From a virus (Duplodnaviria; Caudoviricetes): a DNA stretch of 42,820 nt. This document shows, in pieces, positions 18,128 to 27,990 of this stretch. Each line of letters starts with the position of its first letter. The stretch's first letter is position 1. The stretch is from IMG/VR virus record IMGVR_UViG_3300021093_000144, positions 1 through 42,820 of that record; one strand, 5' to 3'. Both the position numbers and the translations under genes were made by a program. The notes below the pieces were generated by a model that saw nothing but the letters and a program-made list of their open reading frames with translations, was not told the origin of the DNA and searched no databases.

Positions 18128-19713
18128 TGGATTGGTTTTATGACGGACAGATAAGAAGATATGTCACACAATTCATGCGCATCTTTATCGGTTTTAAATA
18201 TAAAACCGGTGACGACACGCTACGACATATTCCAGTGACCTACGGAGATCTAACCAGGCAAGTGGCTGCTATCATCATGGAAAATTCTGAAAATAAAATG
18301 ATGACTGTGCCTAAAATCGCCTGTTATATTTCCGGTCTAGAACTGGATACGGGACGATTAGCAGACGCTAGTTTTGTCAGTAAAATGCAGATCCGTGAAA
18401 GAGCATTTGAAGATTTCTATCCCGACGATCATCCAGATGTGAGATTACGGGGTACACCTATATATGAAAATTACCAAGGCGGAGGGTATACCGTAGAAAG
18501 ATTGATGCCCACTCCTTTTAAACTATCGATGAAGGCTGAACTATGGACCAGCAACACTGACCAAAAATTACAGATACTAGAACAGATCCTGATGTTGTTC
18601 AATCCGAGCCTAGAAATACAGACCACTGATAACTATATCGATTGGACCAGCATCAGCGTGGTAGATTTAAAAACCATAAATTTCAGTTCGAGAACGATTC
18701 CGCAAGGTGCGGACACCAATATAGACATAGCCACTATGGAGTTCACGATTCCTATCTATATCACTCCGCCTGCCAAAGTCAAGAAGATGGGAGTCATACG
18801 CAATCTAGTAATGAACGTGTTCACCGATTCAGGAGACGTCAAAGATCTCGAAGAATTAATATACAATCAAGAAGATGGAGACGCACAGATGCATACCACT
18901 CCCGGACAGTTCGGAGTTTTATTCCTTAAAAGCAATAACGGCCAAGATAGAGATTACGATCTTTCTGTGATCAGCCCAGGAGAGGTAATTACTTCGATAG
19001 GGCTGTCACCGCCTATCAAGCAAGGAGAAAGAGTAGATTGGGAGAAGATACTCAATGTATATGGTGGTTACAATCCTGGCATCAGCAAAATCTATTTCCT
19101 ACAGCCTAGCGGTAATGAGATAGGAGGAACATTCGTAGTCAATGAAATCGATCCTACTTATCTACTGGTAACTGTAGATGTCGATTCAAGACCCAGCAAC
19201 ACTATAATTTCTGGGCCAACTAGATCCAACAATCAATGGACCACAGTAGATGCTATCATAGATCCTTATAAGTATAATCCTAAACGACCCAATGGAGAGA
19301 TGACAGATCAACCAGTGACAGCCGGTGTGCGTTTTTTGATGCTGGATGATGTCAATAACAGCGCCAGCACCGGATTAATCAATCAACAAAACTGGGATTC
19401 CAGCCATCCATCGGATTCTAGTCAGGGACAGGTCTACGACGGACCCGACGGTTGGAAAAATTCGGACGGTAATGATCCTGTGATCAAGGCTAATTCTATC
19501 ATAGAATGGACTGGCACCTCTTGGACGACTGTCTGGAATCCCGATGATCATCTATTGGAAGATGCGGGAGTATCTGGAGAAGATTTCGTTCCTACTTATT
19601 TCCAAAATCTGCGTACCGGTGTGCAATATCGATGGGACGGGGAACAATGGTTAAAGTCGTTTGAGGGAGAATATTCTGCCGGTTATTGGAGATTAGATCT
19701 AGATCCGCAATAA
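18127..19713 (+). CDS. gp15: Tail terminator/sheath stabiliser (gp15-like) with C-terminal extension
   Basis: FYDGQIRRY..QF.RIF, IPVTYGD, MPTPF.L, QKLQILEQILMLFNPS motifs. Confidence 0.8.
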   Translation: MDWFYDGQIRRYVTQFMRIFIGFKYKTGDDTLRHIPVTYGDLTRQVAAIIMENSENKMMTVPKIACYISGLELDTGRLADASFVSKMQIRERAFEDFYPDDHPDVRLRGTPIYENYQGGGYTVERLMPTPFKLSMKAELWTSNTDQKLQILEQILMLFNPSLEIQTTDNYIDWTSISVVDLKTINFSSRTIPQGADTNIDIATMEFTIPIYITPPAKVKKMGVIRNLVMNVFTDSGDVKDLEELIYNQEDGDAQMHTTPGQFGVLFLKSNNGQDRDYDLSVISPGEVITSIGLSPPIKQGERVDWEKILNVYGGYNPGISKIYFLQPSGNEIGGTFVVNEIDPTYLLVTVDVDSRPSNTIISGPTRSNNQWTTVDAIIDPYKYNPKRPNGEMTDQPVTAGVRFLMLDDVNNSASTGLINQQNWDSSHPSDSSQGQVYDGPDGWKNSDGNDPVIKANSIIEWTGTSWTTVWNPDDHLLEDAGVSGEDFVPTYFQNLRTGVQYRWDGEQWLKSFEGEYSAGYWRLDLDPQ

Positions 19714-19721
19714 GTATAGGT

Positions 19722-20114
19722 ATGCAACAGCGTGCCGGATTACTTTTCCTTTCTAAAAAAACCAATAGGATATTTCTAATCTTACAAGACGAACGATGGA
19801 CCGTGCCTACTTTCGCACGTAATTCTACGGTTTTAGATGATTCTCAACAACTGTTGAACGATTATTCTACAGGTAGGATAATACCGATCGAATTATATCT
19901 CAGTGAGGATCGAGGTTTTGAATATAGCACTTACATTTGTCTAGTAGATCAAGAATTTTTCGGATCTGACAATGAAACCATATGCTGGGCTAATATCAAC
20001 GATCTGCCAAAAAATCTGCACGTTGGATTGAAAACCACATTAAATAATTCGCTGATACGAGCGAAAATCGAAACTATAATGGTGCTTGAAAATGATTCCA
20101 AAACTAACCACTAA
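19722..20114 (+). CDS. Nudix-fold-like protein with a degenerate Nudix box
   Basis: AGLLFLS..T.R..LIL, W.VP, F.Y.TY.CLV..EF and W....LP..LH.GL match a Nudix scaffold, but GX5EX7REUXEEXG is absent; start revised to ATG 19722. Confidence 0.55.
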   Translation: MQQRAGLLFLSKKTNRIFLILQDERWTVPTFARNSTVLDDSQQLLNDYSTGRIIPIELYLSEDRGFEYSTYICLVDQEFFGSDNETICWANINDLPKNLHVGLKTTLNNSLIRAKIETIMVLENDSKTNH

Positions 20115-20400
20115 CCCCCGATTCGTAGAAGACTGTCAACGATACCAGACCAGGATCGACGCTATCGGCGATCAGGGAAACAGGTCTGCATTAGAAAAAT
20201 TATTAAGGCAATTGATCGAGCAGGTCAGTTATATAGATCGCAGCCATGATCAGATCATATTAACTGGTCGCATGGGAGATGACATCGCTGACATCCGATC
20301 TAATATCGTATCTATCAAAAAAACACTAGATACGAAATTAGATCAGATCGAACGCAACAAGTTTGCGGTTAAGCCTGCGCCTCTCCCCAACGCAGAATAA
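20092..20400 (+). CDS. Helical hypothetical protein
   Basis: About 102-aa ORF overlapping the upstream gene; coiled-coil-like composition. Confidence 0.55.
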   Translation: MIPKLTTNPRFVEDCQRYQTRIDAIGDQGNRSALEKLLRQLIEQVSYIDRSHDQIILTGRMGDDIADIRSNIVSIKKTLDTKLDQIERNKFAVKPAPLPNAE

Positions 20401-23400
20401 TCGCGCCAGGCGTAGCAGTTCCCGTAACCTTAAACACATTGATGGCCAGCACGTCTGGGCCATTCGGGAATGCGCCCCTGCCTCCTAATGCTGTGGTGGT
20501 TAATTCTTTCAATTCTACAAGACTTAAATTTGAGATATTTCCTGGATTGGTTACGAATGAAAATACCTGTTCTCCTGGAAGAGCAAACTGCGGATCGCCA
20601 AATTGGAATGTTACTGTGCCTGCGGCACTTACCGAAGAAGTTAATGACTGAGTAAATGTAGCACGTATCACCGTCGTAGCACCTAATCTCCTGTTGGTCA
20701 CTGCAGAAACCGCGGTATTAGCAGGAAACTGTGTGAATGCTGTGGACACTCGTGTGCCCTGAGAGGCTCCGCTGTTATTCCATGTTGCCTGGGTGAAGAA
20801 CAAAAAGTTACCAGCGTAAGATGCTGCAGTTCCCGATGCTGTTACTGTGGTTGTGGTTTGTACGTTGGCTGACTGAGTAGCATTTGCTCCCGAACTCATG
20901 ACAATCCTGGTAAAGTTAGTTCCGCTAACCCTGGCAAAATTTGTAGTAATACTCTGTATGGTTTGGCTTGATACTAGGAATGATGCCACACTTAATCTAT
21001 CACCTATAGCAATGAATGAAGATGCTGCTTCTGCATCAGTGATTAAGAAATCAGTTCTACCGTTCACGTATGCGCTGGCATAACCAGTTGAAATACTGTT
21101 AGTACAAGTCACTGACTGATTGACAAAAGCAGCACTGTTACCGTTAGCGTTGGCGCTCATCACGATTCTGGTAAATGAGCTTGATAGATAGCCTCGCGTT
21201 ATGCTGGAAATAGTCTGTCCACCAGTGACAAATGATGCTAGACTTAAACCATCACCCACACGCAACGGTGTAGCACCTGCTGTAATTGTATCAAAGGCAG
21301 TGTTGGTTATAAAGAAATCATTTTGTGTATTAACAAATGCCTGTGTTCTAAATGTGTTATTGGCTATGGCTGTCAAGGTCTGAGTAACCGTACTAAAACC
21401 ACGTGCTGTGATATTTGTAGTCAACGCACCTTGGATAGTTGCTGTGGTTGTAGTCAACGGCACACCACCCCAGTTGATAGAACCACCCAGTGCGATCTGT
21501 GCAAAACTAGGTTGTCCACCTGCAGCAGCACCGCTTAAGCCTGCCCACGTAATATTAGTTGGATTAGCAGGGTAGTTTCTCGGATTCAAAATTCCTTCAA
21601 CAACAATGGCGCCTGTGCCTGTGTCAGTGGTGATAGAAATTTCATTCAACAATAACTGCGCTCTGTTCAGTAGATCACGTTCGCCCAAATCACCAACTAT
21701 AGCATTGGAAACTGAAGGAGCCAATCGTATCATGAATGCTGTCTGTTTAGCAGTTGTGATACTTAAACCTGTGGCAGCATAGTTAAAAATGTAGCCTCGA
21801 TCTGAGTCGAACAAGCCGTCAGTCAATAAAGCAGAACCCCAGTGGCTGATAGTTGGACTGGTTGTACAACTGACCAATGTCACTCCCGCACCTTCTGAGT
21901 GTGCTGCTGCTAGACCACCGGAGAAAGTTCTGTTTTGACCAGCGGTAAATGCGAGGAATGTTGCTGCTCTGGTTAAACTGGTCAATGTGTTACCGGATTT
22001 GCCAGAATAAGAAATTAATTCGTTATCTATATACAATGTTCCAGAAGTTGGGAATCTCCTAGCATCAGTTAAACGTAAACTAGTTGCTGAACTGTCTATA
22101 CCTTCTGCAAGTTTACTGACTGCGGATCTATTTTCAACTTCATAGCGCACAGGTAAATTAGCAGTGCGCATATATGCTTCTGTGTTTACGTTAGAATTTC
22201 TTACTTTGTGTAAGAATACAAACTTTCCATCGGCGCCACGTAGCATCCACTCAATGAATCCAGCAGCGTACCAAGAATATTGCATACCTAACATCTGCAT
22301 ACGCCATGGCAACATATAATATCCGCTAGGACCTGTTCCGTCTAATTTGTCCATATTCCAGTCACTTTGAGGAATATAAAGATCTTCCGTCACACAGATC
22401 TTAGCACCAGTAATAGAAGTTGCACCTCTCCAGTCTGGGGTAACTGTCATTGTTGTGTTATTGGTTATGGTAGTTACCAAATGACTCATACCCCTGATAA
22501 CTATTTTGTCGCCAACTTTTAATTGTTCTGTGAATCTTGTGCTCGCACCAAATACGCTGTTACTATCTGTGGCAATACTAATCGTGCCGGTTAACTGGTT
22601 GGTGCTGGATCTTCGGACTACAGCCATTTCTTGTCCGTCATACTGATAGAAAATACCGTTTTGTTCATCGAATGCGCCAATACGCACCGTGGCACCGTGC
22701 CAGCGTTTTAGTAATATCTTACAATCGGGACCTAGTTGTGCTGTTGTTGTAGTTAAAGTTACATTTGATCTTACACGGAATCTACGTGCATCAATGATAT
22801 TTTCAACAGTATAATCACCATTATATTCGAATGACAACATTCCGATGATTTCAATCTCGGCGCCTGGTTGTAGACCGTGATCTGTGTCGTCTAGTGTAAC
22901 TGTGATCAGGCTGTTAATCACAGTTGCTACAGCAGTGGCGCTGGCGATATTATAACTAGGCGCAAACAGCCCGCCTGTGGTATACATCATACCTTTACCA
23001 GATTGGTAACGGATATATTTTTTACTCTGCCGTATGGCCTGTGCGCCGTGGCTGGGATTGCCTGTGCCTAACTGTACACCACCGTCAAACGGTCTGTGCG
23101 TAAAGAATGCGTCTGGTCTTGCATAAATTACCCCGGTCATGGCCGCAGCGGATGTATTAATCGTTCCTGTAGTCCTGGAAGGAAATCTTATAGTAGTGGC
23201 TGACGGCACAGCAGTTACCACGTGTGGACCAGTACCTAATTGATGGTTGGCAGATGTTAAGTCAATACTTTGGGCTGCGTTGGTGTTACCTACCGCGGCA
23301 AATCTTCCAAAGCCTGTATAGGTAGTATAAGCCACTTCTGCCCAATTTGATGTGCTAGCCAAGGTCCTCGCAGTAAACGAACCCGTTTCACCGGTGAAAG

Positions 23401-26400
23401 AAGTCAGTGCAGATGTGCTGCCAGACGCTACAACTAGAAACACGTCATCACCGAATGTCACAGCACTCCAAGAGGCACTGCTGGGCAGTGTTGCTGCTGT
23501 CCAGACAGTGCCGTTGGTTGAAAATGCTGCGTTAGTTCCTCCAGAGGCAACTGCGAAGAAGCGATTGTTGCCAAAGGTTAGGCTTGACCAAGTGGTAGAT
23601 GCTGGTAATGCTCCGGTGGCTATCCAGGATGCTCCGCCGTCTGCAGAATAATTTGCCAATGTACCGCCAGATGCTATGGCTACAAAGTACACGCTGGTAC
23701 CGACTAATCCCGCTGCAACATCCGTCCATGTGGTTGAAGAACTTAATGCTCCGCCTGCCGTCCATGTTTGTCCACCGTCTGTGGAAAATGCTGTGGCAGT
23801 ACCGCCCGAGGCTATAGCCACGAATCTACCGTCTCCAAAAGTAACTGACACCCAGTTAGCTGAGGATGGTAGTGTTGCTGCTGTCCAGGTCTGTCCTCCA
23901 TTAGCCGACCATGCTGCGGCATTGGATGTTGTCGTTGCTACTGCTACGAAATAATTTGTAGATCCGACAGTTCCTGCTGCCACAGATCTCCAGGCAGCAC
24001 CTGAAGGCATATTTCCACCTGCCGACCAAGTTTGACCATCAGTCGATCTAGCAGAGGTAACTGAACTTGATAATACTGCTGTATAAACACCTCCCAGGCC
24101 TGCTATCCCTGTCCATGTGCCCGATGCCGGCAAGGTTCTGGCCTGCGCGGCAAATTCTGGGGCAGGTTGAGAAGTGACCTGTGTCAATATTGTAGTGCCA
24201 GGCACGAGTCCATGCGCTGAAGTAAAATCAACCTGTACTGTAGCAATAGCACCGGTGTTAAGCACTGTGCCATCTAAAATTGTTCCGGTTACTGCTTCAC
24301 TGATGCTTAGGGTAGAATAAATCGCTATAGGATCACCTGCATATGGTGTTCCTTCTGCGGTTATGGTGGTGATTACACCAGCACTTATTCCTGTGACCCT
24401 TACAATACAATCATTCGAAGGACTGGCACCATCCAATGCTGTGCCTAAAATTCTAATACGATTACCAACTTGATACCCACTACCACCGTCGCCTGCTAAT
24501 GCTATAGTTGCTGTATATGTTCCGTTTTCTCTTTCAATATCAAATTCTGCATCAGAACCTAATGCGGGAATATTTGCTGCTCCCTCTGATGGATAAGTAG
24601 CATCACCAGTATCTCCTATCGGTGATCCAACGATTTCAAAATCTACTACATTTTGATTGGGGAATCCTACTCCGTTAATTTGTATGACAATATTATTGTC
24701 TGGGTTGGATCCTCCTAGGTCTGTACCTGAGAAAGTTACCGTATCACCGGGATTATATAATGTTCCACCTGCAGCCAAGGTTACTTCATATGCTCCCGTG
24801 CCGCCGGTTCTTACCACGTCAATTAAAAATCCGCTGCCGCCACCCGTGGTTGAGCTCTGGGCCACATTGGTATAAGTAGCGCCTCCGGAAATCGCTGTGC
24901 CGGTAAAGTTGAATGTATCGATAGCACCGCCCGAATCAACTCCTGTAACAACAATTATTATATCATTGGCTGGCGTTGCACCGCCGACATCAGTGCCCAA
25001 TATTAATAGATTGTCGCCTTCGGCATAATTAATACCGTTTGACGAACTATCCCCAGCGTCTGTTACTGTATAAATGCCTGCGCTGCGAAATATGTCAAAG
25101 GTCGCACCGGTACCAATAGGTGCGATATTTGTGCCTGTGACCGTAAGATTAGTTGCATTGGCGCCGATATACGTTGCCCCAATCGCTGTTGATAGTGTAA
25201 GTTGATTACCGGCAATAGAATTGATAAAGGCAGCAGATCCAGCAGCATCTATGGCCATCTGTTGTTGCACACCGGTTAAATCGACCAATGTAATTGTTGT
25301 ATCTGAAGGTGATGTTACACTATCTCTTATGTTTGCATTGACTGTGCCAGATCCGACCACACCTGCTACTGATGTACCACCGGGGATATTAGGAGATCCT
25401 GAAATAGGAGAACCTACTGTAGGCGCTGTCCCATCAAATGCAATAGAAAAACTGCCGGTTAGTGTATCAAACTTTGATGTTACTGTGCTGCTTGATCCAT
25501 TACTAAAAACAGAAAATGTTGGCTGTCCGATCGAAGCGCCGGTAAAAAACCCTGCTTGCCTGATCTGTGTAAAAGTAGTTAGAAGGCTGTCACCGCTATT
25601 TGTGCCTACCTTGGCGCTTGAAAAATAGGTAAAACTAACTGAACTAGGAATGCTGTAAATTAAAAAAGAACCTTCTGCTCGAGCAAATCCCGAAATAGCG
25701 GCATTCAATCCTTTTACAGTTATGGGTTGAGCGACTGAAAATCCATGAACACCGCTGGTAGTTACAGTAATCAATGAAGAACCAAACCCACCGGTATTCA
25801 CTGATGCATCAGTGATGACATTACTAATTCCTAAGTCTGTTCCTGGAATTTCATAAACAGACGGGTACATACGTATCGTACCCAATGCCTGCCACTTAGT
25901 AGGCTGTAGTCCATATTCAAAGTCAGCGTCAAGCATGGCCTGCGGTGCAGCCACACGCATACGCTCAATAGCATCTGTGCCAAATTCCCAAGGACGAATC
26001 GTCTGTGCTGCTTCTTCTACAAATATCTGTAATTCAGTAGCAGAAGAAAGATTGCTGGTATCTGTGCTAAGATTCAAAGTAGTTATGCTATCGTTAGCCT
26101 GATACCAAGATGGAAAGTCAACGTCACTGAGCAGTTGCCCATCGCTGCTGCTACGACCTTGTTTATATGTTACTGTGATTGAGTTATTAGCATCAGCAAA
26201 ATTATAAAGTATTTCGCCGCTATTGGTGTTTGTAATCAATAAAATAGAACTTACATCTATCTGACCAATTAATCTAATAGAAGATACCCCAGTAACTTTT
26301 ACAGGCATCGCCGGGATACCATTGGTGATCACATCTGTGAATATATTCCATAATGTGGTATTTCTTGAACTTGCTCCAGATTCTGCGTTTTGTCCTAGGA

Positions 26401-26830
26401 TAAAAGCCTGCGGTACGGTGTTACCATATCCTGGACTCACTGCTGTATTAGTAAAAATAAAACTGTTGATGATAGTTCTGAGATATGTCTGGGCGGTTGT
26501 TTCTGGAGTGACATCGCCTCGGATTTGTGGTTCGCCATCGATCCAGAAGTAGTCTGCTACCTGGCGGGATTGAACGTTACCACCGTATCTAAGATCGTGT
26601 AAGATCGCATCAATAAAAAATCCTACATCGCGAGTACATTTTTGACTGGCATAGGCGTAGCCTATATAAGGGGCTACATTATTTGCGATTTGATCGTTGA
26701 TGAATGCTACTACTTGATTCTGTAAAAAAGTTTTGTTAGCGGCTAGTAATGCTACGGCCTTGGGGTATAGGTTATCATCTTTGCTGATACCTGGTTCAAA
26801 TACATAATATTTTAACTGTTTCTTTGCCAT
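20369..26830 (-). CDS. Giant tail fibre/baseplate appendage protein (2153 aa)
   Basis: Thr/Ser/Gly/Ala-rich; three GG..Y..GD...GG..P.ND repeats, W-x-S-V-x-(F/Y)-G propeller blades, QSKKYIRYQSGKG lectin-like domain; C-terminus LRWGEAQA. Confidence 0.8.
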   Translation of the reverse strand: MAKKQLKYYVFEPGISKDDNLYPKAVALLAANKTFLQNQVVAFINDQIANNVAPYIGYAYASQKCTRDVGFFIDAILHDLRYGGNVQSRQVADYFWIDGEPQIRGDVTPETTAQTYLRTIINSFIFTNTAVSPGYGNTVPQAFILGQNAESGASSRNTTLWNIFTDVITNGIPAMPVKVTGVSSIRLIGQIDVSSILLITNTNSGEILYNFADANNSITVTYKQGRSSSDGQLLSDVDFPSWYQANDSITTLNLSTDTSNLSSATELQIFVEEAAQTIRPWEFGTDAIERMRVAAPQAMLDADFEYGLQPTKWQALGTIRMYPSVYEIPGTDLGISNVITDASVNTGGFGSSLITVTTSGVHGFSVAQPITVKGLNAAISGFARAEGSFLIYSIPSSVSFTYFSSAKVGTNSGDSLLTTFTQIRQAGFFTGASIGQPTFSVFSNGSSSTVTSKFDTLTGSFSIAFDGTAPTVGSPISGSPNIPGGTSVAGVVGSGTVNANIRDSVTSPSDTTITLVDLTGVQQQMAIDAAGSAAFINSIAGNQLTLSTAIGATYIGANATNLTVTGTNIAPIGTGATFDIFRSAGIYTVTDAGDSSSNGINYAEGDNLLILGTDVGGATPANDIIIVVTGVDSGGAIDTFNFTGTAISGGATYTNVAQSSTTGGGSGFLIDVVRTGGTGAYEVTLAAGGTLYNPGDTVTFSGTDLGGSNPDNNIVIQINGVGFPNQNVVDFEIVGSPIGDTGDATYPSEGAANIPALGSDAEFDIERENGTYTATIALAGDGGSGYQVGNRIRILGTALDGASPSNDCIVRVTGISAGVITTITAEGTPYAGDPIAIYSTLSISEAVTGTILDGTVLNTGAIATVQVDFTSAHGLVPGTTILTQVTSQPAPEFAAQARTLPASGTWTGIAGLGGVYTAVLSSSVTSARSTDGQTWSAGGNMPSGAAWRSVAAGTVGSTNYFVAVATTTSNAAAWSANGGQTWTAATLPSSANWVSVTFGDGRFVAIASGGTATAFSTDGGQTWTAGGALSSSTTWTDVAAGLVGTSVYFVAIASGGTLANYSADGGASWIATGALPASTTWSSLTFGNNRFFAVASGGTNAAFSTNGTVWTAATLPSSASWSAVTFGDDVFLVVASGSTSALTSFTGETGSFTARTLASTSNWAEVAYTTYTGFGRFAAVGNTNAAQSIDLTSANHQLGTGPHVVTAVPSATTIRFPSRTTGTINTSAAAMTGVIYARPDAFFTHRPFDGGVQLGTGNPSHGAQAIRQSKKYIRYQSGKGMMYTTGGLFAPSYNIASATAVATVINSLITVTLDDTDHGLQPGAEIEIIGMLSFEYNGDYTVENIIDARRFRVRSNVTLTTTTAQLGPDCKILLKRWHGATVRIGAFDEQNGIFYQYDGQEMAVVRRSSTNQLTGTISIATDSNSVFGASTRFTEQLKVGDKIVIRGMSHLVTTITNNTTMTVTPDWRGATSITGAKICVTEDLYIPQSDWNMDKLDGTGPSGYYMLPWRMQMLGMQYSWYAAGFIEWMLRGADGKFVFLHKVRNSNVNTEAYMRTANLPVRYEVENRSAVSKLAEGIDSSATSLRLTDARRFPTSGTLYIDNELISYSGKSGNTLTSLTRAATFLAFTAGQNRTFSGGLAAAHSEGAGVTLVSCTTSPTISHWGSALLTDGLFDSDRGYIFNYAATGLSITTAKQTAFMIRLAPSVSNAIVGDLGERDLLNRAQLLLNEISITTDTGTGAIVVEGILNPRNYPANPTNITWAGLSGAAAGGQPSFAQIALGGSINWGGVPLTTTTATIQGALTTNITARGFSTVTQTLTAIANNTFRTQAFVNTQNDFFITNTAFDTITAGATPLRVGDGLSLASFVTGGQTISSITRGYLSSSFTRIVMSANANGNSAAFVNQSVTCTNSISTGYASAYVNGRTDFLITDAEAASSFIAIGDRLSVASFLVSSQTIQSITTNFARVSGTNFTRIVMSSGANATQSANVQTTTTVTASGTAASYAGNFLFFTQATWNNSGASQGTRVSTAFTQFPANTAVSAVTNRRLGATTVIRATFTQSLTSSVSAAGTVTFQFGDPQFALPGEQVFSFVTNPGNISNLSLVELKELTTTALGGRGAFPNGPDVLAINVFKVTGTATPGAIILRWGEAQA
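23300..24150 (-). repeat. Protein-level beta-propeller blade repeats (about 45 aa, 6-7 copies); boundaries approximate
   Basis: Recurrent LP.S..W.S(V/L).FG..RF.A(V/I)ASGGT..A.S.(D/N)G..W, containing Asp-box-like S-x-D-G-G-x-T-W. Confidence 0.8.
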
Positions 26831-26842
26831 TTATTCTTTTCC

Positions 26843-27439
26843 TTATGCCCCGAAGGCGATAGCGAATGCTGAAATTCTTGCGTCTACATAATCTTTTCTT
26901 GTGGCATGCGTACTCAATGATGGTGTATTGCCCAATGTTAAATCACCATCAACGCTCAGATCGTCAGTGATTGATGCATTTCCCTGCACAGACAATTCAC
27001 CAGAACTATCCCCTGGGCCAACATTCAATGATGTAAAGTTTCCTGCTGCGGGATTTTGAAGACCGATTTCTATATTGTCCATACGACCGACCGCAGCAAA
27101 ACTTTCTATTTCTACGTGGCCATTGACCACACTGAAATACGGTGATGATCCCTGAGCGATTCTAAGATCTCCGTCAATGTTGAGAAATTCAAGTGTTCCT
27201 AATCTTGTGAGCGAACTACCTATGATCTGGCTGCCTAACGCTACCAATGATGATTCATCGAAATCCGCTTCTATTAATTGTATATTTTTTACATATATCT
27301 GATCGGCACGCAGTATGCTTTCTTGGCCTTGGCCACCTACTTCTAATGCTCTGACCTGCACATTACCTAATTCGTCGACAGTAAATCCCGGACTACGAAA
27401 GCCGCTTTTAGACTCGAAAGGTATGTAATTTATTGACAT
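26843..27439 (-). CDS. Small virion/fibre-associated protein
   Basis: SSLTRLGTL and HATRKDYVD fibre-type motifs; SD GGAG; TAAATA at 27490-27495. Confidence 0.6.
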   Translation of the reverse strand: MSINYIPFESKSGFRSPGFTVDELGNVQVRALEVGGQGQESILRADQIYVKNIQLIEADFDESSLVALGSQIIGSSLTRLGTLEFLNIDGDLRIAQGSSPYFSVVNGHVEIESFAAVGRMDNIEIGLQNPAAGNFTSLNVGPGDSSGELSVQGNASITDDLSVDGDLTLGNTPSLSTHATRKDYVDARISAFAIAFGA

Positions 27440-27508
27440 TTAGATCTCCGCTATCACACCAACAACGACTACTACAAAGACTACGATAGTATTTAGTCTA
27501 GGTATCTG

Positions 27509-27946
27509 TTAATACTGTACTAGATTGTTTACGGTATAATAATAGTTCGCGCTGAATATCACCTTCGCTCCGGCCAATAACGTAGAATTATCATAGGTGC
27601 TGTCAGTAGGACTAGTAGCGCCTCTTATCGTGACCGTGCATTTTGATGCTGTTACTACTACATTTAGATCGATTAGATTTTCATTGAGATTGGTTCTGCC
27701 ATATACCGTGACTGCAGCAGACTCAGGACCCGCTACCACTAGTGCCTTGATCATTTCTTTTCTGGTATTGCCCGCATCTATGACTATGGTATATTCCGCA
27801 GACATAAAGTCTCCTACATAAAATTCGTCCAATACAGCATTTTCAGTGAACAGAATCCACGGGCCTTTATAGGAGAAATTTACTCCATTCTGCAATCGAA
27901 GAGTATTTTTTATACCCTGTAAGAAAAAGTTAGCGAAATTTAACAT
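27509..27946 (-). CDS. Hypothetical beta-rich virion protein
   Basis: 145-aa ORF; SAEYTI...KE...LVV pattern; TAAATA at 27967-27972. Confidence 0.55.
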   Translation of the reverse strand: MLNFANFFLQGIKNTLRLQNGVNFSYKGPWILFTENAVLDEFYVGDFMSAEYTIVIDAGNTRKEMIKALVVAGPESAAVTVYGRTNLNENLIDLNVVVTASKCTVTIRGATSPTDSTYDNSTLLAGAKVIFSANYYYTVNNLVQY

Positions 27947-27990
27947 AAGAGATCCGATCTATAGTGTATTTACCATAGAGCGGATCTTGT

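Noticed and set aside
27440-27489. GU-rich leader closed by a CTATC/GATAG stem as a possible ncRNA or riboswitch
   Set aside because: Only a 5-bp stem with no recognisable family features; insufficient support.
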